From contig CAZRCZ010000008.1 in assembly GCA_964598765.1 (NCBI GenBank), positions 79,934 to 143,933 of the forward strand: 64,000 bases of DNA, written 5' to 3'. The DNA is from an uncultured Candidatus Sumerlaeota bacterium (lineage in GTDB: Bacteria > Sumerlaeota > Sumerlaeia > MVZB01 > JAJFLK01). The notes below the pieces were generated by a model. The model was not told the DNA's origin, did no database searches, and saw nothing but the letters and a program-made list of their open reading frames with translations. This document shows, one piece after another, positions 38,504 to 49,340 of this stretch; within the stretch, counting starts at the first letter, position 1, and each line of letters starts with the position of its first letter. A program made the translations under genes and the position numbers.

Positions 38504-40341
38504 GGTTTGGATGCCGCAGGGGCCTTGGCTTTGCCGCCGCTCGCGGGTTTAGGTTTGGGAACCGGTGTATTTTCGGCGGGCGGTTCTTCACCCTTCGGTT
38601 CTTCGGTGGACGATTCCGCAGGGGCTGTTTCAGTTGCCGGTTTCTTGGCGGGTCGCGGCTTGGCCGAGGACATCGCTTCCGCCGCTTGCTTTTTTCCTTC
38701 TTCCTTAACCTTTTCTTCCTCTTGCATGGCCTCTTCGACGGTCAAAACGCGCAGAACCGAAGTCTCAAACAGTTGCGTTCGATACCGCAGATACCACGCC
38801 AGCGGATTAGTGTGCGTAAACGGCTCCATCATGATGTCGGGCAGAAGCGGAAGCGAAGCGTAAGCGAATGTTTTGACTTCCTTGGCCGGGAATTGGCTGA
38901 TGACTTGCTCCTTGAGGTTCTTCACCTGCGCATACGCCTTCCGGTCCAAGAGAGCGTCTTTCACGCTTTGATATGCGGTCCAGCCACCGGGGCCGGCGAT
39001 CTCTTTGGAGAACGTCGCCGCGCCGTAAAAACTGGAAAGGACAATGTAGTCGCCCCCCTGCGGCGCGCCGAACTCGAAACGCTCAATTTTTCTCCCGCCG
39101 CTCCAGTATTGGAGTTTGGCCGAACCAATCTCGGCGTTGTAGGTCTCGTTGCTGAAAATCCGCGCGTCTTCCGGGACATTCGCCTTGACGAATTTTCCCG
39201 CTTGCTTGAGGTCAATGAACGGATTGCCCTGATAGAACGCCACGAGCGCGGAAAAAATCAAGGCGTGTCCGAGGGTCGGAATGGCCAAGGCAAAAAAACG
39301 TCCGCGATGTTTTTCGCAATGCTTTTCCCAAACCGCCATGCCGTGCCCGGCCAAGATCACGATGAACGGAACCACCGGAAGAAGGTAGCGCGATTGATAG
39401 GCGGAAAAAATTGAGTGCATGATGAGAAGTCCCAGCGTCAGGTAACCCGCCGCGATCACGCTTTGCGCGATTCGCTTCGTGGCGAAGTTGACGCGAAACA
39501 ATCCATAGAGAAAGAAGCCGAAAATTCCGTAGCCGATGAAATAAGGCCCAACCAAGACAAATTGCTCAAAATAATAGAGATAATCCAGCAAGGTTTGACT
39601 CAAACTTGAACTCGTTCGCGCGACCATTTGTGAAACGTGTTTGTTCAACGCGCCGACAAGCCAGACCAACGGCACGGCCCAAGGAATGAGGGTCAACAAA
39701 GGATGAAATTTTGGAGGGGTGGCGAATTCCGCCTTTGTTTTTCCGAACCGCACGATCACCGCGATTATGAGGGGCAGGAGAAGAATTCCCTGATAGCGAG
39801 TCAGCGAAGCCGCGACTCCGGCAAGCGACGCGGCCAACAGCCAGTTCGTTCCCGACTTCGCGTCTCCCTTCGGTTTTTCCTTGGTTTGCTCATAGAGGGC
39901 CGGCCAGATTGCCCGTGCCGCGAGAATTAACGACGCGAGCGACGCCATCCAGAGCGCCATGAAGGTTGCGTCGGTCTGGGGTTGCAAACTCCACCGCAAG
40001 GGAATCGGGCTGATGGTGTAGAGCAACACGGCCATCATCGCCGCGCGCGCGCCGAAGAGCCGCCGCGCCATCGCCTCCAACGGCAGAACGGTCAAGGACC
40101 CCGCGATGATCGAAATCAACCGCGCCGATCCTTCCAAGCCCAACAGTGGAATCCAACCAAGAATATAGGCTAACGCCGTGTAAAGCGGCGGCCAAAACGT
40201 GAGGCCATGCTGGAACGCCGTGATTTGCAGAATCGCATCGGTGTAGGCTCCTTGGCTCACCGGGAGCCAAAGAAGACGCCAGACGAAATTCACGCCGACC
40301 AGCGCCAAGGCGATTTGAACGGGTTTCAGTTGTCGGGCCAA
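38500..40341 (-). CDS. GT-C fold membrane glycosyltransferase (PMT_2/ArnT-like) with Lys/Glu/Pro-rich C-terminal tail
   Basis: The protein has about 11 predicted TM helices. An extracytoplasmic loop holds ARRLFGARAAMMAVLLY. The tail is low-complexity (KEEGKKQAAE...KPKPASGG). Confidence 0.55.
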   Translation of the reverse strand: MARQLKPVQIALALVGVNFVWRLLWLPVSQGAYTDAILQITAFQHGLTFWPPLYTALAYILGWIPLLGLEGSARLISIIAGSLTVLPLEAMARRLFGARAAMMAVLLYTISPIPLRWSLQPQTDATFMALWMASLASLILAARAIWPALYEQTKEKPKGDAKSGTNWLLAASLAGVAASLTRYQGILLLPLIIAVIVRFGKTKAEFATPPKFHPLLTLIPWAVPLVWLVGALNKHVSQMVARTSSSLSQTLLDYLYYFEQFVLVGPYFIGYGIFGFFLYGLFRVNFATKRIAQSVIAAGYLTLGLLIMHSIFSAYQSRYLLPVVPFIVILAGHGMAVWEKHCEKHRGRFFALAIPTLGHALIFSALVAFYQGNPFIDLKQAGKFVKANVPEDARIFSNETYNAEIGSAKLQYWSGGRKIERFEFGAPQGGDYIVLSSFYGAATFSKEIAGPGGWTAYQSVKDALLDRKAYAQVKNLKEQVISQFPAKEVKTFAYASLPLLPDIMMEPFTHTNPLAWYLRYRTQLFETSVLRVLTVEEAMQEEEKVKEEGKKQAAEAMSSAKPRPAKKPATETAPAESSTEEPKGEEPPAENTPVPKPKPASGGKAKAPAASKP

Positions 40342-40605
40342 GAGCGGAATTCCCCCTCAGAAATTGAATCAAAAAAACCGTCAAGAGTTTGCATGGCTCG
40401 CTTGGAACTTGCAAGCCGATTAAGGTTTTTTTTCGAGGGGGGACCGCCCCACGGAATTCATGAATTCGGCAAATCCCCGTGCGCCTTAATCCCATCTACC
40501 GTCGCCTTGACCTGTCGTCGCGTCGCCCCCCCGCCGCGTCGTCGTGTCTTCTTCGCGTCTTTGTGTTCAATTTTCTCCAATTTCGGCGTATAATCCCAGC
40601 CGCGT

Positions 40606-41751
40606 ATGACTTTCCGCAGATTCATCGTCAAGAACGCCTTCCGTAACAAGCGCCGGACCGTGCTAACCATACTCAGTATCGGATTCTCGCTGTTTCTTTT
40701 GATCCTCCTTCGCGCCGTCGTCGAGATGTTCTCCAATCCGCCGCAAAGCGACGATTCCCATCTTCGCGTGATCGTCCAGCGGTCCACAACGTTCGTGGAC
40801 CAGATGCCGATCTCGCATCTGGCCAAGGTCCAAAAAGTCGCCCACGTCAAACAGGCTATTCCATTCCAGATTTATCCCGGCATTTACAAGGACCCGAAAA
40901 ATTTCTTCGGTTGCGGCGCGGTTGATCCGGCGGGGATGTGGGAGATGTTTCCCGAGATGAAGCTGAGCGAGGCGGCCCGGCAGGCGTTCCTCACCAATCG
41001 CCGCGGAGCCATCGTCGGCGATCAACTCATGGCGCGGTTCGGGTGGAAGGTCGGCGAGCGTGTCACCCTTCTCGGCTCGATTTTCCCGGTAGATTTGGAC
41101 TTCGATGTCGTCGGAACGTATCACTCCGATCTGGCCAATCAGAGCGACAATTTTTGGTTTCGCCTCGATTATCTCAGCGAGGCGCTCGGCAATCCGGGGA
41201 CTATCGCCATGATTTGGGTCAAGGCCGACTCCGCAGAGGCCATTCCGGGGGTCATTGACGCGATTGACACGATGTTTCACAACAGTCCCGCCGAGACGCG
41301 CACGCAAACTGAAAAGTCGTTTGTCCTTGGCTTCCTCTCCATGATGGGAAACATCAGGGTCCTTATGGGATCCATCGCGGCGGTGGTGATTTTCACGATG
41401 ATCTTGGTCGTGACCGGCACGATGAGCATGACGATCCGCGAGCGCATCCGCGAGGTCGCCATTCTCAAATCCATGGGGTATCCGCGGGGCCTGATTTTCA
41501 GCATGATCCTCGGCGAATCGGCGTTTATCGCGTTGATCGGAGCGGTCTTGGGGTGCGGCGGCGGAACGACCCTTCGTCATCTAAACCTGAGCGCCCTGAC
41601 GGGCGGTTTCATCCGCGAATTTCCCGTTTCCCCTCCGACCTACGCGCTCGCGGTGGTCGTGGGATTGCTTATTGGATTGATTTCAGCTTTGTCCCCCGCG
41701 TTTTCGGCCTCACGCATGACGATCACCGAGGCGATTCGGCGGATAAACTAG
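40606..41751 (+). CDS. ABC transporter permease, FtsX/MacB-like
   Basis: An N-terminal TM helix is followed by a large periplasmic domain and a C-terminal 3-TM FtsX domain (ILKSMGYPRGLIFSMILGESAFIALIGAVLG). Confidence 0.75.
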   Translation: MTFRRFIVKNAFRNKRRTVLTILSIGFSLFLLILLRAVVEMFSNPPQSDDSHLRVIVQRSTTFVDQMPISHLAKVQKVAHVKQAIPFQIYPGIYKDPKNFFGCGAVDPAGMWEMFPEMKLSEAARQAFLTNRRGAIVGDQLMARFGWKVGERVTLLGSIFPVDLDFDVVGTYHSDLANQSDNFWFRLDYLSEALGNPGTIAMIWVKADSAEAIPGVIDAIDTMFHNSPAETRTQTEKSFVLGFLSMMGNIRVLMGSIAAVVIFTMILVVTGTMSMTIRERIREVAILKSMGYPRGLIFSMILGESAFIALIGAVLGCGGGTTLRHLNLSALTGGFIREFPVSPPTYALAVVVGLLIGLISALSPAFSASRMTITEAIRRIN

Positions 41752-41832
41752 GGGAGTCAATTGAAGTGTTTCGTGGACGGAGTGGACACGGTGGACGTTG
41801 TGGAAAAGAATTGGAGCGGGGAAAACAACGAG

Positions 41833-43230
41833 TTAAGCGATTTGACTGGCCGAAAGGCCTGCTTCAGTCTCCGCGAGTGATTTTTCGAAAATTCCTAAAG
41901 CGGTTTCCGCGTCCCTCCGCGTGATGATGAGCGGGGGAGAAAACCGGATCGCCGATTCGCCGCATCCGAGAAGTAACAATCCTCTGCGGAAACAACCTTG
42001 GATGATCGCGTCGCGCTCGGCGACGGCCCATTCGCGCGTCGAACTGTTTTTTATCAATTCGACGCCGATCATCAGTCCTTTTCCGCGCACGTCCCCCATC
42101 AGGGGATGACGCTTTTGCATTTCGCGCAGGTGCTCCAAAATCAGATCGCCCATTTTGGTGGCGTTCTCGATCAAGCCCTCCTCCAATAGGGCAATCGTTT
42201 CCAGCGCCGCCGCGCAAGAAACCGGATTGCCGCCGAACGTGCTGGCGTGCGAGCCTTTCTCCCAATCCATGATTTCCGCTTTGGCGATCATTGCGCCGAG
42301 CGGCAAACCGGAGGCGATTCCCTTGGCGAGACAAATAATGTCCGGCTCAACGCCCCAATGCTCGATGGCGAACATTTTGCCCGTGCGTCCCATGCCCGTT
42401 TGAACCTCGTCCACGATGTAGAGGATGCCGTATTTTTCCGCCAACGCCTTGAGTTGGCGGTGGTATTCGGGAGGCGGAACAACGTAACCCCCTTCGCCTT
42501 GAATCGGCTCGACGATGATCGCGGCAACTTCATCGGGCGGAACGGTCCTGTGAAAAAGGACGTTCTCAATGTAGCTCACGCATTCGATTTTGCATGACGG
42601 ATAAGTAAGGTTATAAGGACAGCGATAGCAATAGCCGTAGCCGACGTGCTCGACGTCGGGAACCAGCGGATCGAACAGATGGCGTTGCGTGATCTTGCTG
42701 GCGGTGAGCGAAAGCGCGCCCATCGTCCGTCCGTGAAACGCGCCGAAGAAAGCGATCATGTGGGGACGCTTCGTATGATAGCGGGCCAGCTTGAACGCCG
42801 CCTCGACCGACTCCGCGCCGGAGTTGGTGAAAAAAACTTTTTTCGGCGAATTGCCCGGAGCGATTTGCGCCAACTTGCGCGCAAGATCGCGCTGACCCGC
42901 GTAATAAAAATCGGTTCCCGACATGTGCATTAGCTGAGTCGTCTGGTCTTGAATCGCCTTGACGACGCGCGGATGGCAATGTCCCGTCGCACAAACGGCG
43001 ATTCCCGCCGTGAAATCCAAAAAGACATTGCCGTCCACGTCCTCGATCACAGCGCCTTCGCCGCGTCGAACCGCGAGCGGATAGTAGCGCGTGTAGGACG
43101 GCGACAAATACTGTTCGTCGCTCGCGATCAGTTGGTTGGCTTGTGGCCCCGGCAATTCGGTCCGTAGATCGGGGACTTTGGGATAACTGCGCGGCGGAAT
43201 GAGATTGTTTGCTTGATTACGGGTTGACAT
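41833..43230 (-). CDS. Class-III PLP-dependent aminotransferase (4-aminobutyrate aminotransferase-like)
   Basis: Family motifs FLDFTAGIAVCATGH, NSGAESVEAAFKLAR and VDEVQTGMGRTG are present. Confidence 0.85.
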   Translation of the reverse strand: MSTRNQANNLIPPRSYPKVPDLRTELPGPQANQLIASDEQYLSPSYTRYYPLAVRRGEGAVIEDVDGNVFLDFTAGIAVCATGHCHPRVVKAIQDQTTQLMHMSGTDFYYAGQRDLARKLAQIAPGNSPKKVFFTNSGAESVEAAFKLARYHTKRPHMIAFFGAFHGRTMGALSLTASKITQRHLFDPLVPDVEHVGYGYCYRCPYNLTYPSCKIECVSYIENVLFHRTVPPDEVAAIIVEPIQGEGGYVVPPPEYHRQLKALAEKYGILYIVDEVQTGMGRTGKMFAIEHWGVEPDIICLAKGIASGLPLGAMIAKAEIMDWEKGSHASTFGGNPVSCAAALETIALLEEGLIENATKMGDLILEHLREMQKRHPLMGDVRGKGLMIGVELIKNSSTREWAVAERDAIIQGCFRRGLLLLGCGESAIRFSPPLIITRRDAETALGIFEKSLAETEAGLSASQIA

Positions 43231-43258
43231 GTTTCTGTCCCGGACTTCATGGCTCTGC

Positions 43259-45628
43259 CTAATATAATATCACAAAATTCCCGTCCGGTTTGGCGACGGC
43301 GGCAACCAAGCCCCAAACCGGCAGTCCCGATTTTCGTCCCGCTTTGACGGTCGGTTTATCGTTGGCGTCGTAGAGTTGCCAACAAAACGGATCGCCGTTG
43401 CGTCGGCCTGTTCCCTCGGTCCAGACCATCAATTTTTCTCCCTTGGCGTTGGCGACGACGACCGGATGTTTGCGCGAGGTTCCCGGTTCGGCGGGGGCGA
43501 TAATGGGCTTGATTCCCTTGCCCGCTGTCTCGACCAATCCGTAATGCACCTCACCCTTTGTTTCCCACGAGGCGAAAATTTTCGAGTCGGATTCGCTCAG
43601 GAAGTAACTGCTCATCGGACAAGTTCCCGTTTTCCACTCGTCAATTTTCGCATCGGTGAACGTCGCGCCGTGATCGCGCGAAACGAGCAAGGTGTTGTCC
43701 CGATGGACTCCCTCTCCGGCGGCGCGATAGAAGATGTAGAGGTTTCCCTTGGCGTCGGCGAAGGCGCGCAGACCGCAACATCCGCACGCGCCGGTGGGAT
43801 TGGGATTGGCCTGCTTCTCGGGGGCAAAGGTTCCCCCGTCGTCGGAGGATCGGGCGATATAAACCGCGCGGAAAGCTTCTCCGGCTTGATTCCCCTTGGC
43901 GTGCCAGACCGCATAGACATTGCCCTCGGCGTCCGCCGCGATGGACCCGCCGCCATCAAGCCCTCGCGTCGAGGTGGCAAGATTCCGTTCCGGCTCGAAC
44001 CCCGTTCGCTGATCGTTCATCCGCGCATAAAGGAAGGGATCGGCTCCCTCCGGACCTTTGGTCTGGGCGATGTAAGAACCATTCCAACCGACGTGCAGGC
44101 GTCCCCCTTTGCCCAACGCGACCTGCGCGTTGCGCATCGCGCCCGTCGAGGTCGCGCTACCATCCTGACTGTTGACGCGAATGGGATCGGAAAATTTCGC
44201 TTCTCCCGGTTTCATCCGAACGTAAAAGAGATCGCCCTTATCGGTCTCCCCTTTGAAGTAAACCAAATGAATCGTTCCGTCCGCTTCGGCGACGGCTTGC
44301 GGTTGAATGCCTTCGTTTGGCGTTCGCAGGATCGTTATTTCGGTGGTGGTCGCCGTTCCCGTCTTGGCGATGGTCGGTTCCGGAGGAGGGGGAATTTTCA
44401 TGGTAAATTTCGCGTTGTATTCCTGATTTCCCAATGCGATCCGAAGGGAACCGATTTCAAGAGCGTCCCGATCCTGTTTGATTTCGATGCGGAATTTTAC
44501 TGCAGGAGCGTCAATTTTCGCCGTTGTTAGCGGAATTTCAGGAACGCCCTTCATGACGGCTTCCACTTTTGAGGCGCTCCAATCGGCGAAGATCAAAGTT
44601 GGCGCATCGCCACTCCTGTTTAGCCAAAGTGTGTAGCCCCCCGCCTTGATGCTCTGTCCGCCGAAATGCAAATCCACTTCAGTCCTTAAGGTGGCGGTTT
44701 CATCCGCGCCCAACGGCGCAACCGAATGTTCCCATGCTTTCGGCGGGTTTCTCCGAGGTTGTCCATATTCGACGAAAACAATTTCTCCCTCGGCGCTCAT
44801 CTTTGCCAAAGTTCGCCCCTTGCGAACGCCCTCGACCGGACTTTGGACTTGCCCGCGCGCGACGTCGAGTTGGCCGGTAATGAACCCTCCGTGTCTTTCC
44901 AAGTCCAGCGAGCTGACCATCTTAGTCCCCACCAAATCCATCGTGTAATTCAGATTGAGTCCGTTCGCGGTTTTCTTGATTTGTGTGACGGTGGAACTTC
45001 CCCACGGCACGGGGCGCGTCAATTTCGCAATGGCTTTACCGTCCACGTCGCTGATCGCGCATTGAACCTCCGTCTGTCCCCCCATCGAGCTTTCCCAACG
45101 GAGGACCCACTCCCCAAGAAATTGTTTGGCATCGGAGGCCGGAAGAGTCGGAGCGCCGACGCTCTTCATCAGAATTTCCTGAATATCTTTTTTCAGCGTC
45201 GCCTCGCTTGGGCTTCCCGCTTTCGCGCCGCGGAACCCATCCTTGGTTGTCGAGGTGACGAACGGAAAATCCCCCTTGAAAATGTCTCCCTCGACGCGAA
45301 TGGAAATGCGGAACGGCATCGGCTTATTGAACATTTCGAGCCTGAAGTTAAAGACGTGATTCGGCCCCTCGACTGCAATGTTATTGAGTTTGGCTTCCCC
45401 GATCTCGGTCGAGATGGTTCCGGTGAGATGGTCGCCGGTTTGCTCCACCTTGAGCGTCGCGTATTGCGGATCGCCCGGAAAACCGATGATGGCCGTCGTC
45501 CAAGTCCCGATCAAGGCGTTCAAGTCGGCTTGGGATTCCGCGGACAAATCTTCCGCGGCAAAGACAATGATGGGAAGAAGAACGGCGAATCTTAATTTCG
45601 GAAGGAGTCGGATTAAGTAGAAAAGCAT
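43259..45628 (-). CDS. Secreted protein with BNR/sialidase-like beta-propeller region
   Basis: A signal peptide is present. Asp-box-like segments include SSDDGGTF and SRDHGATF. Confidence 0.5.
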   Translation of the reverse strand: MLFYLIRLLPKLRFAVLLPIIVFAAEDLSAESQADLNALIGTWTTAIIGFPGDPQYATLKVEQTGDHLTGTISTEIGEAKLNNIAVEGPNHVFNFRLEMFNKPMPFRISIRVEGDIFKGDFPFVTSTTKDGFRGAKAGSPSEATLKKDIQEILMKSVGAPTLPASDAKQFLGEWVLRWESSMGGQTEVQCAISDVDGKAIAKLTRPVPWGSSTVTQIKKTANGLNLNYTMDLVGTKMVSSLDLERHGGFITGQLDVARGQVQSPVEGVRKGRTLAKMSAEGEIVFVEYGQPRRNPPKAWEHSVAPLGADETATLRTEVDLHFGGQSIKAGGYTLWLNRSGDAPTLIFADWSASKVEAVMKGVPEIPLTTAKIDAPAVKFRIEIKQDRDALEIGSLRIALGNQEYNAKFTMKIPPPPEPTIAKTGTATTTEITILRTPNEGIQPQAVAEADGTIHLVYFKGETDKGDLFYVRMKPGEAKFSDPIRVNSQDGSATSTGAMRNAQVALGKGGRLHVGWNGSYIAQTKGPEGADPFLYARMNDQRTGFEPERNLATSTRGLDGGGSIAADAEGNVYAVWHAKGNQAGEAFRAVYIARSSDDGGTFAPEKQANPNPTGACGCCGLRAFADAKGNLYIFYRAAGEGVHRDNTLLVSRDHGATFTDAKIDEWKTGTCPMSSYFLSESDSKIFASWETKGEVHYGLVETAGKGIKPIIAPAEPGTSRKHPVVVANAKGEKLMVWTEGTGRRNGDPFCWQLYDANDKPTVKAGRKSGLPVWGLVAAVAKPDGNFVILY

Positions 45629-45832
45629 GACGTTAGCTCCGGTTGATGCATGTTCTGCTTAAGGATGCTACCGCCTCGCGCTCGGTTTAGCCAAGCGAAG
45701 TTTGGTTTGGAGGATCATGCCGCAAAGCGCAAAAAGGACGATTGAAAGCATTGATTTTGCGCCGCTCCCGCTTCACAATCAGAGGGTTGCCGATATGGGA
45801 ATTAGAACTGATCCGCTGAACAAGGGAGAGCA

Positions 45833-47119
45833 TTGCCGATGACGAAGGAAACGAACCCGCACGAACGCCACGCCGACGAGAAATCCAAAGAGAGTGTCTC
45901 TCGCCGGGATTTCATGATCAAGGCGGCGACAATGACCGGCGGCCTGATTTTGGGGGCCGGTTGCGCGACGCCGCACGAGGCGGGAAGCGTCGCCTCGCAA
46001 GGAGCGACCACCGCGCCGGGAGCCGTCGCGCCGATTCCGTTTTCGGCGGAGAAACCGCTCCGCGTCGCGCTCATCGGGACCGGCGGTCGGATGAACGGTG
46101 CGCTTCTGCCTGTGTTTCTGAAGGACCCTACCGTCGAGATCCTCGCCTGCGTGGACAGCAATCCCAAACATTTGAACAGCACGCTCGACAGAATTGAAAG
46201 AGAACGAGGAAAGCGTCCCCAAGGTTACACCAAAGACACGGATTTCAAAGAAGTTCTCCACCGCGACGACGTGCAGGCGGCGTTCAGCGCTTGCCCGTGC
46301 GATCTTCACGCGACGATTTACATCGAGGCGATGACGGCGGGCAAACCGATCTACGGCGAAAAGCCCGCCGCGATCACGTTGGCCGAAACCAAGATGCTCA
46401 AGGAAGCGTGGCTCAAATCCAAGAGCATCGTGCAGATCGGATTTCAGCGGCGAGTAAGCAACCGCTATATTGACGGAATCAAGATGCTCCGCGACGGGGA
46501 GATCGGCGAGATGTGGGAAGGTCACGCCGCGTGGAACAACAACTCCAACGTCCAACATCCGCTCGGAAGCGATCCGGATAAAATTTGGCTCAGCCAACGG
46601 GCGAGATCGGGCGATTGGATGCTCGAACAGGCTTGCCACACTTGGGATGTGCTGGGTTGGGTCGCGGGAGACTTGCCCAAACGCGCCTGCGGAGCCGGAC
46701 GACGCGACGTGTTCAAGTCGGTCCAGCCGGAGCGCGACGTCACCGATTATTATATCGCCACGCTCGAGTACCCGAACGGCCTCCTCGTCAACTACAATCA
46801 TACGTGGTTCGCGCCGAACCGGGACAACGGGACGATCAGCGGCGTCTATGAACGGATCGCCGGACTCAAGGGAGCGATTGATTTGGGCAACGGAAGGATT
46901 TCCTACACCGACGGATCGAAGGAACCCAAACTGCTTCACCCCGGCGAGCCGGAGATGAGTTCCGGATCGGTTAAGCATTTTCTCGAATGTGTGCGCGAGG
47001 GACGCCAACCGAACAGCAGTATCGGCAACGGCATCAACGCGTCACTAACCGGCCTGCTCGTCCGCAAGGCCGTGGACGAGCGGCGTCCGGTGACCATGGA
47101 CGAAATTCTTCACGGCTGA
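45833..47119 (+). CDS. Gfo/Idh/MocA family oxidoreductase with twin-arginine (Tat) signal
   Basis: The Tat signal is SRRDFMIKAATMTGGLILGAGCA. The Rossmann motif is LRVALIGTGGRMNGALL. Confidence 0.8.
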   Translation: MPMTKETNPHERHADEKSKESVSRRDFMIKAATMTGGLILGAGCATPHEAGSVASQGATTAPGAVAPIPFSAEKPLRVALIGTGGRMNGALLPVFLKDPTVEILACVDSNPKHLNSTLDRIERERGKRPQGYTKDTDFKEVLHRDDVQAAFSACPCDLHATIYIEAMTAGKPIYGEKPAAITLAETKMLKEAWLKSKSIVQIGFQRRVSNRYIDGIKMLRDGEIGEMWEGHAAWNNNSNVQHPLGSDPDKIWLSQRARSGDWMLEQACHTWDVLGWVAGDLPKRACGAGRRDVFKSVQPERDVTDYYIATLEYPNGLLVNYNHTWFAPNRDNGTISGVYERIAGLKGAIDLGNGRISYTDGSKEPKLLHPGEPEMSSGSVKHFLECVREGRQPNSSIGNGINASLTGLLVRKAVDERRPVTMDEILHG

Positions 47120-47129
47120 TTGCGTCGCT

Positions 47130-48035
47130 TTGGCCTCGGATTCTTCATTCAAACTTCTGGTCACGGTTGACCGCGATTGCAGGAAAGTTTTTGCGGTGGA
47201 TCGGGGAGGGTCCGCCTGCGATGTCGTGGCCGAGATCGAGCAACGGCTCGACTCGCCTCTGGAAATCTCGCTCAGCGCCGACGCGCGCGCGTGGAATCGA
47301 GGACTGAAAACGATCCGACAAACGAAAACCGGTTTTGTTCTTTGCGACATATTCGGAATTTACGATTTGGATTCGGAGTTGAAGATTCGTGGATACCTTT
47401 CCATTCCACAATTCACGGACATCCACAGCGCATTTCCTTGCGGCGACCGACTGCTGACAAGCAACACGGGCGTGGACCAGACCGTCTGGGTGGATTGGGA
47501 GGGGCGGATCGCGGATTCGATTGATCTGCACCGATGGTTCCCCGCGACGCCGTGGATGGCGCAGGATTTGGCGGCGATGAAGGGGAGATGGAAGGGGGAT
47601 TTGAGGCGAATGCCGCTGGATTGGGCGCGGGAAAGTTGTCACGTCAACTGGGCGGAAGAGACGCCGCTGGGAACGATGATCTCGTGCTTCATTCAAGGAG
47701 AAATTTTATTTTTCCGAGATGGGAAACCGGTCCGGCGCGTCCGGGCGCGAGCCAAATGCCACGCGCCGCGCTATCTCGCGGAAACGCAAACAATCCTTTA
47801 TTCCGCTTCGGAAGAGAACCGAATCGTCGAGATTGACTTGAACGGAAATGAAATTTGGACGATGGAAGGTTTTCAATTTCCCAAGTTCGCCGATCTGCTT
47901 TCCGACGGCAATTTGATCGTGGCGGACACGGGGAATCGGCGAATCGTCGAGGCCGACCGCGCGTCGCGGCGCGTTCTCTGGCAATGCGCCGTTCCGGGAA
48001 CGCCTTACATGGTGGAGCCGTGGTTGGGAAAATAA
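47130..48035 (+). CDS. Hypothetical protein, beta-propeller-like C-terminal repeats
   Basis: Repeats such as NRIVEIDLNGNEIWT and NRRIVEADRASRRVLWQ are present. The call is low-confidence. Confidence 0.4.
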   Translation: MASDSSFKLLVTVDRDCRKVFAVDRGGSACDVVAEIEQRLDSPLEISLSADARAWNRGLKTIRQTKTGFVLCDIFGIYDLDSELKIRGYLSIPQFTDIHSAFPCGDRLLTSNTGVDQTVWVDWEGRIADSIDLHRWFPATPWMAQDLAAMKGRWKGDLRRMPLDWARESCHVNWAEETPLGTMISCFIQGEILFFRDGKPVRRVRARAKCHAPRYLAETQTILYSASEENRIVEIDLNGNEIWTMEGFQFPKFADLLSDGNLIVADTGNRRIVEADRASRRVLWQCAVPGTPYMVEPWLGK

Positions 48036-48045
48036 GAGGAAGATC

Positions 48046-48205
48046 CACCACAGAGACACAGAGAGGTAACCGAACGGATTAAACGTGTTTGGGAAAACAA
48101 AAGTCACCGAAGGAAATCAATCACCCACGAATTCCAGTATGAGTCCACTTTCATATTTCATGCACGCCAACCGCATGTTCATGACCTCTCTGTGCCTCTG
48201 TGGTG
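48046..48205. repeat. MITE-like element: 21-bp terminal inverted repeats (caccacagagacacagagagg / cctctctgtgcctctgtggtg) flanking ~118 bp
   Basis: The arms at 48046-48066 and 48185-48205 are reverse complements with one mismatch. The core is related to the CACCAAGACAC family. Confidence 0.55.
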
Positions 48206-48248
48206 AATTTTCAAAGCTCGCCAAGAGCCATTACGGAGACAGCGAGAG

Positions 48249-49133
48249 ATGAACGCCGACTTGATTTCTTCTCCTTTGGATTTTGTAAGGCGCTTTCTCA
48301 GTCACGAACTCAAGGCGCATCCCTCCGCCGCCATTTGGCCCGTCGCCTCCGAGGATATACCGGACGAGACCCTATTGTTCCGAATCGCTTGGCTCGGTTT
48401 GGAGTGGGGCATTCTCGACGCCGAAAATCTGCGTCGGAATCTGGATGATCTGCATCGGCATTGGGGACAGACACGGCGCCAATTTCGCAACGCGCTGGCG
48501 TTTGTCGTCCCGGATCGCAACGGGACCAAACGCGCGCTTGATCTGGCGGAGATAATTCTCTCGGGGACGAACGAACGCAAATTCCGCGCGTTCCTTCAAC
48601 CGGGACTGCTGAAAGACAAAATCGCGGAAATTCGCGCCGTCGTTTTTTCAATTTATAGAACAATCCACCTGCCTCGACACGGGCAGGAATATCTTGGCGA
48701 AACGCAATTTGACGTTCTTCCGTTCGCTCTCGATCCTCATTCGGAGAAAGATTTGCTTGAGGCCGCAATGAGAACGCTGGAGCCTCACTTTCGCTCCGAA
48801 ATCGCGCCTAGCGAACTCAAATCCATTTTGGGTCTCGGCGAGGTTGATTGCGCCGGGGTTCGCCGGTTACTTTTTCCGATGTCCGACGCGGCGAGGTGGT
48901 TTTTTTGCTTCTTGAATCTCCCGCGATTCCGCGATGTCCAACCGATTCTCCAGTCCATCCGTCAAGGAATTCGCGCGGGGGAATTCGGTCTTCTGCGAAG
49001 TTCGGAGTTGCTTCGGCTCGATGAACTTGAATCGGAATTAAGAGCCAAAGTTCTTCGCAACGTGGATTTGCCGCTTTCCGATCTCTCCCTCGAATCAGGC
49101 TCCTATTTGGTCTGGTCAGGCGCGTTGGATTGA
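48249..49133 (+). CDS. Hypothetical protein
   Basis: The ORF is 294 aa with balanced composition. No family was recognised. Confidence 0.4.
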   Translation: MNADLISSPLDFVRRFLSHELKAHPSAAIWPVASEDIPDETLLFRIAWLGLEWGILDAENLRRNLDDLHRHWGQTRRQFRNALAFVVPDRNGTKRALDLAEIILSGTNERKFRAFLQPGLLKDKIAEIRAVVFSIYRTIHLPRHGQEYLGETQFDVLPFALDPHSEKDLLEAAMRTLEPHFRSEIAPSELKSILGLGEVDCAGVRRLLFPMSDAARWFFCFLNLPRFRDVQPILQSIRQGIRAGEFGLLRSSELLRLDELESELRAKVLRNVDLPLSDLSLESGSYLVWSGALD

Positions 49134-49340
49134 CGGCCTTTGGGCGTGTTTCAGTTTTGGAATCAGCCGCATTTGAAGCAGCCGAGCCGCGACCGTGAGG
49201 GAGCGTCCAAATGCAAATGGAATACGCGTTGTGCGCTCCCTTACGGTCGCGACTCGGATCATACTCCAATCGCTGAAATACGCGCGGCCTTTGCGTTCTT
49301 CGTGTCTTCTTTGTGTCTTTGTGTTTAATCTTGAGACCGC

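Noticed and set aside
40663-41580. 305-aa minus-strand ORF
   Set aside because: It is antisense to the FtsX-like permease gene.
45779-47008. 409-aa minus-strand ORF
   Set aside because: It is antisense to the Gfo/Idh/MocA gene, which has a Tat signal and a Rossmann motif.
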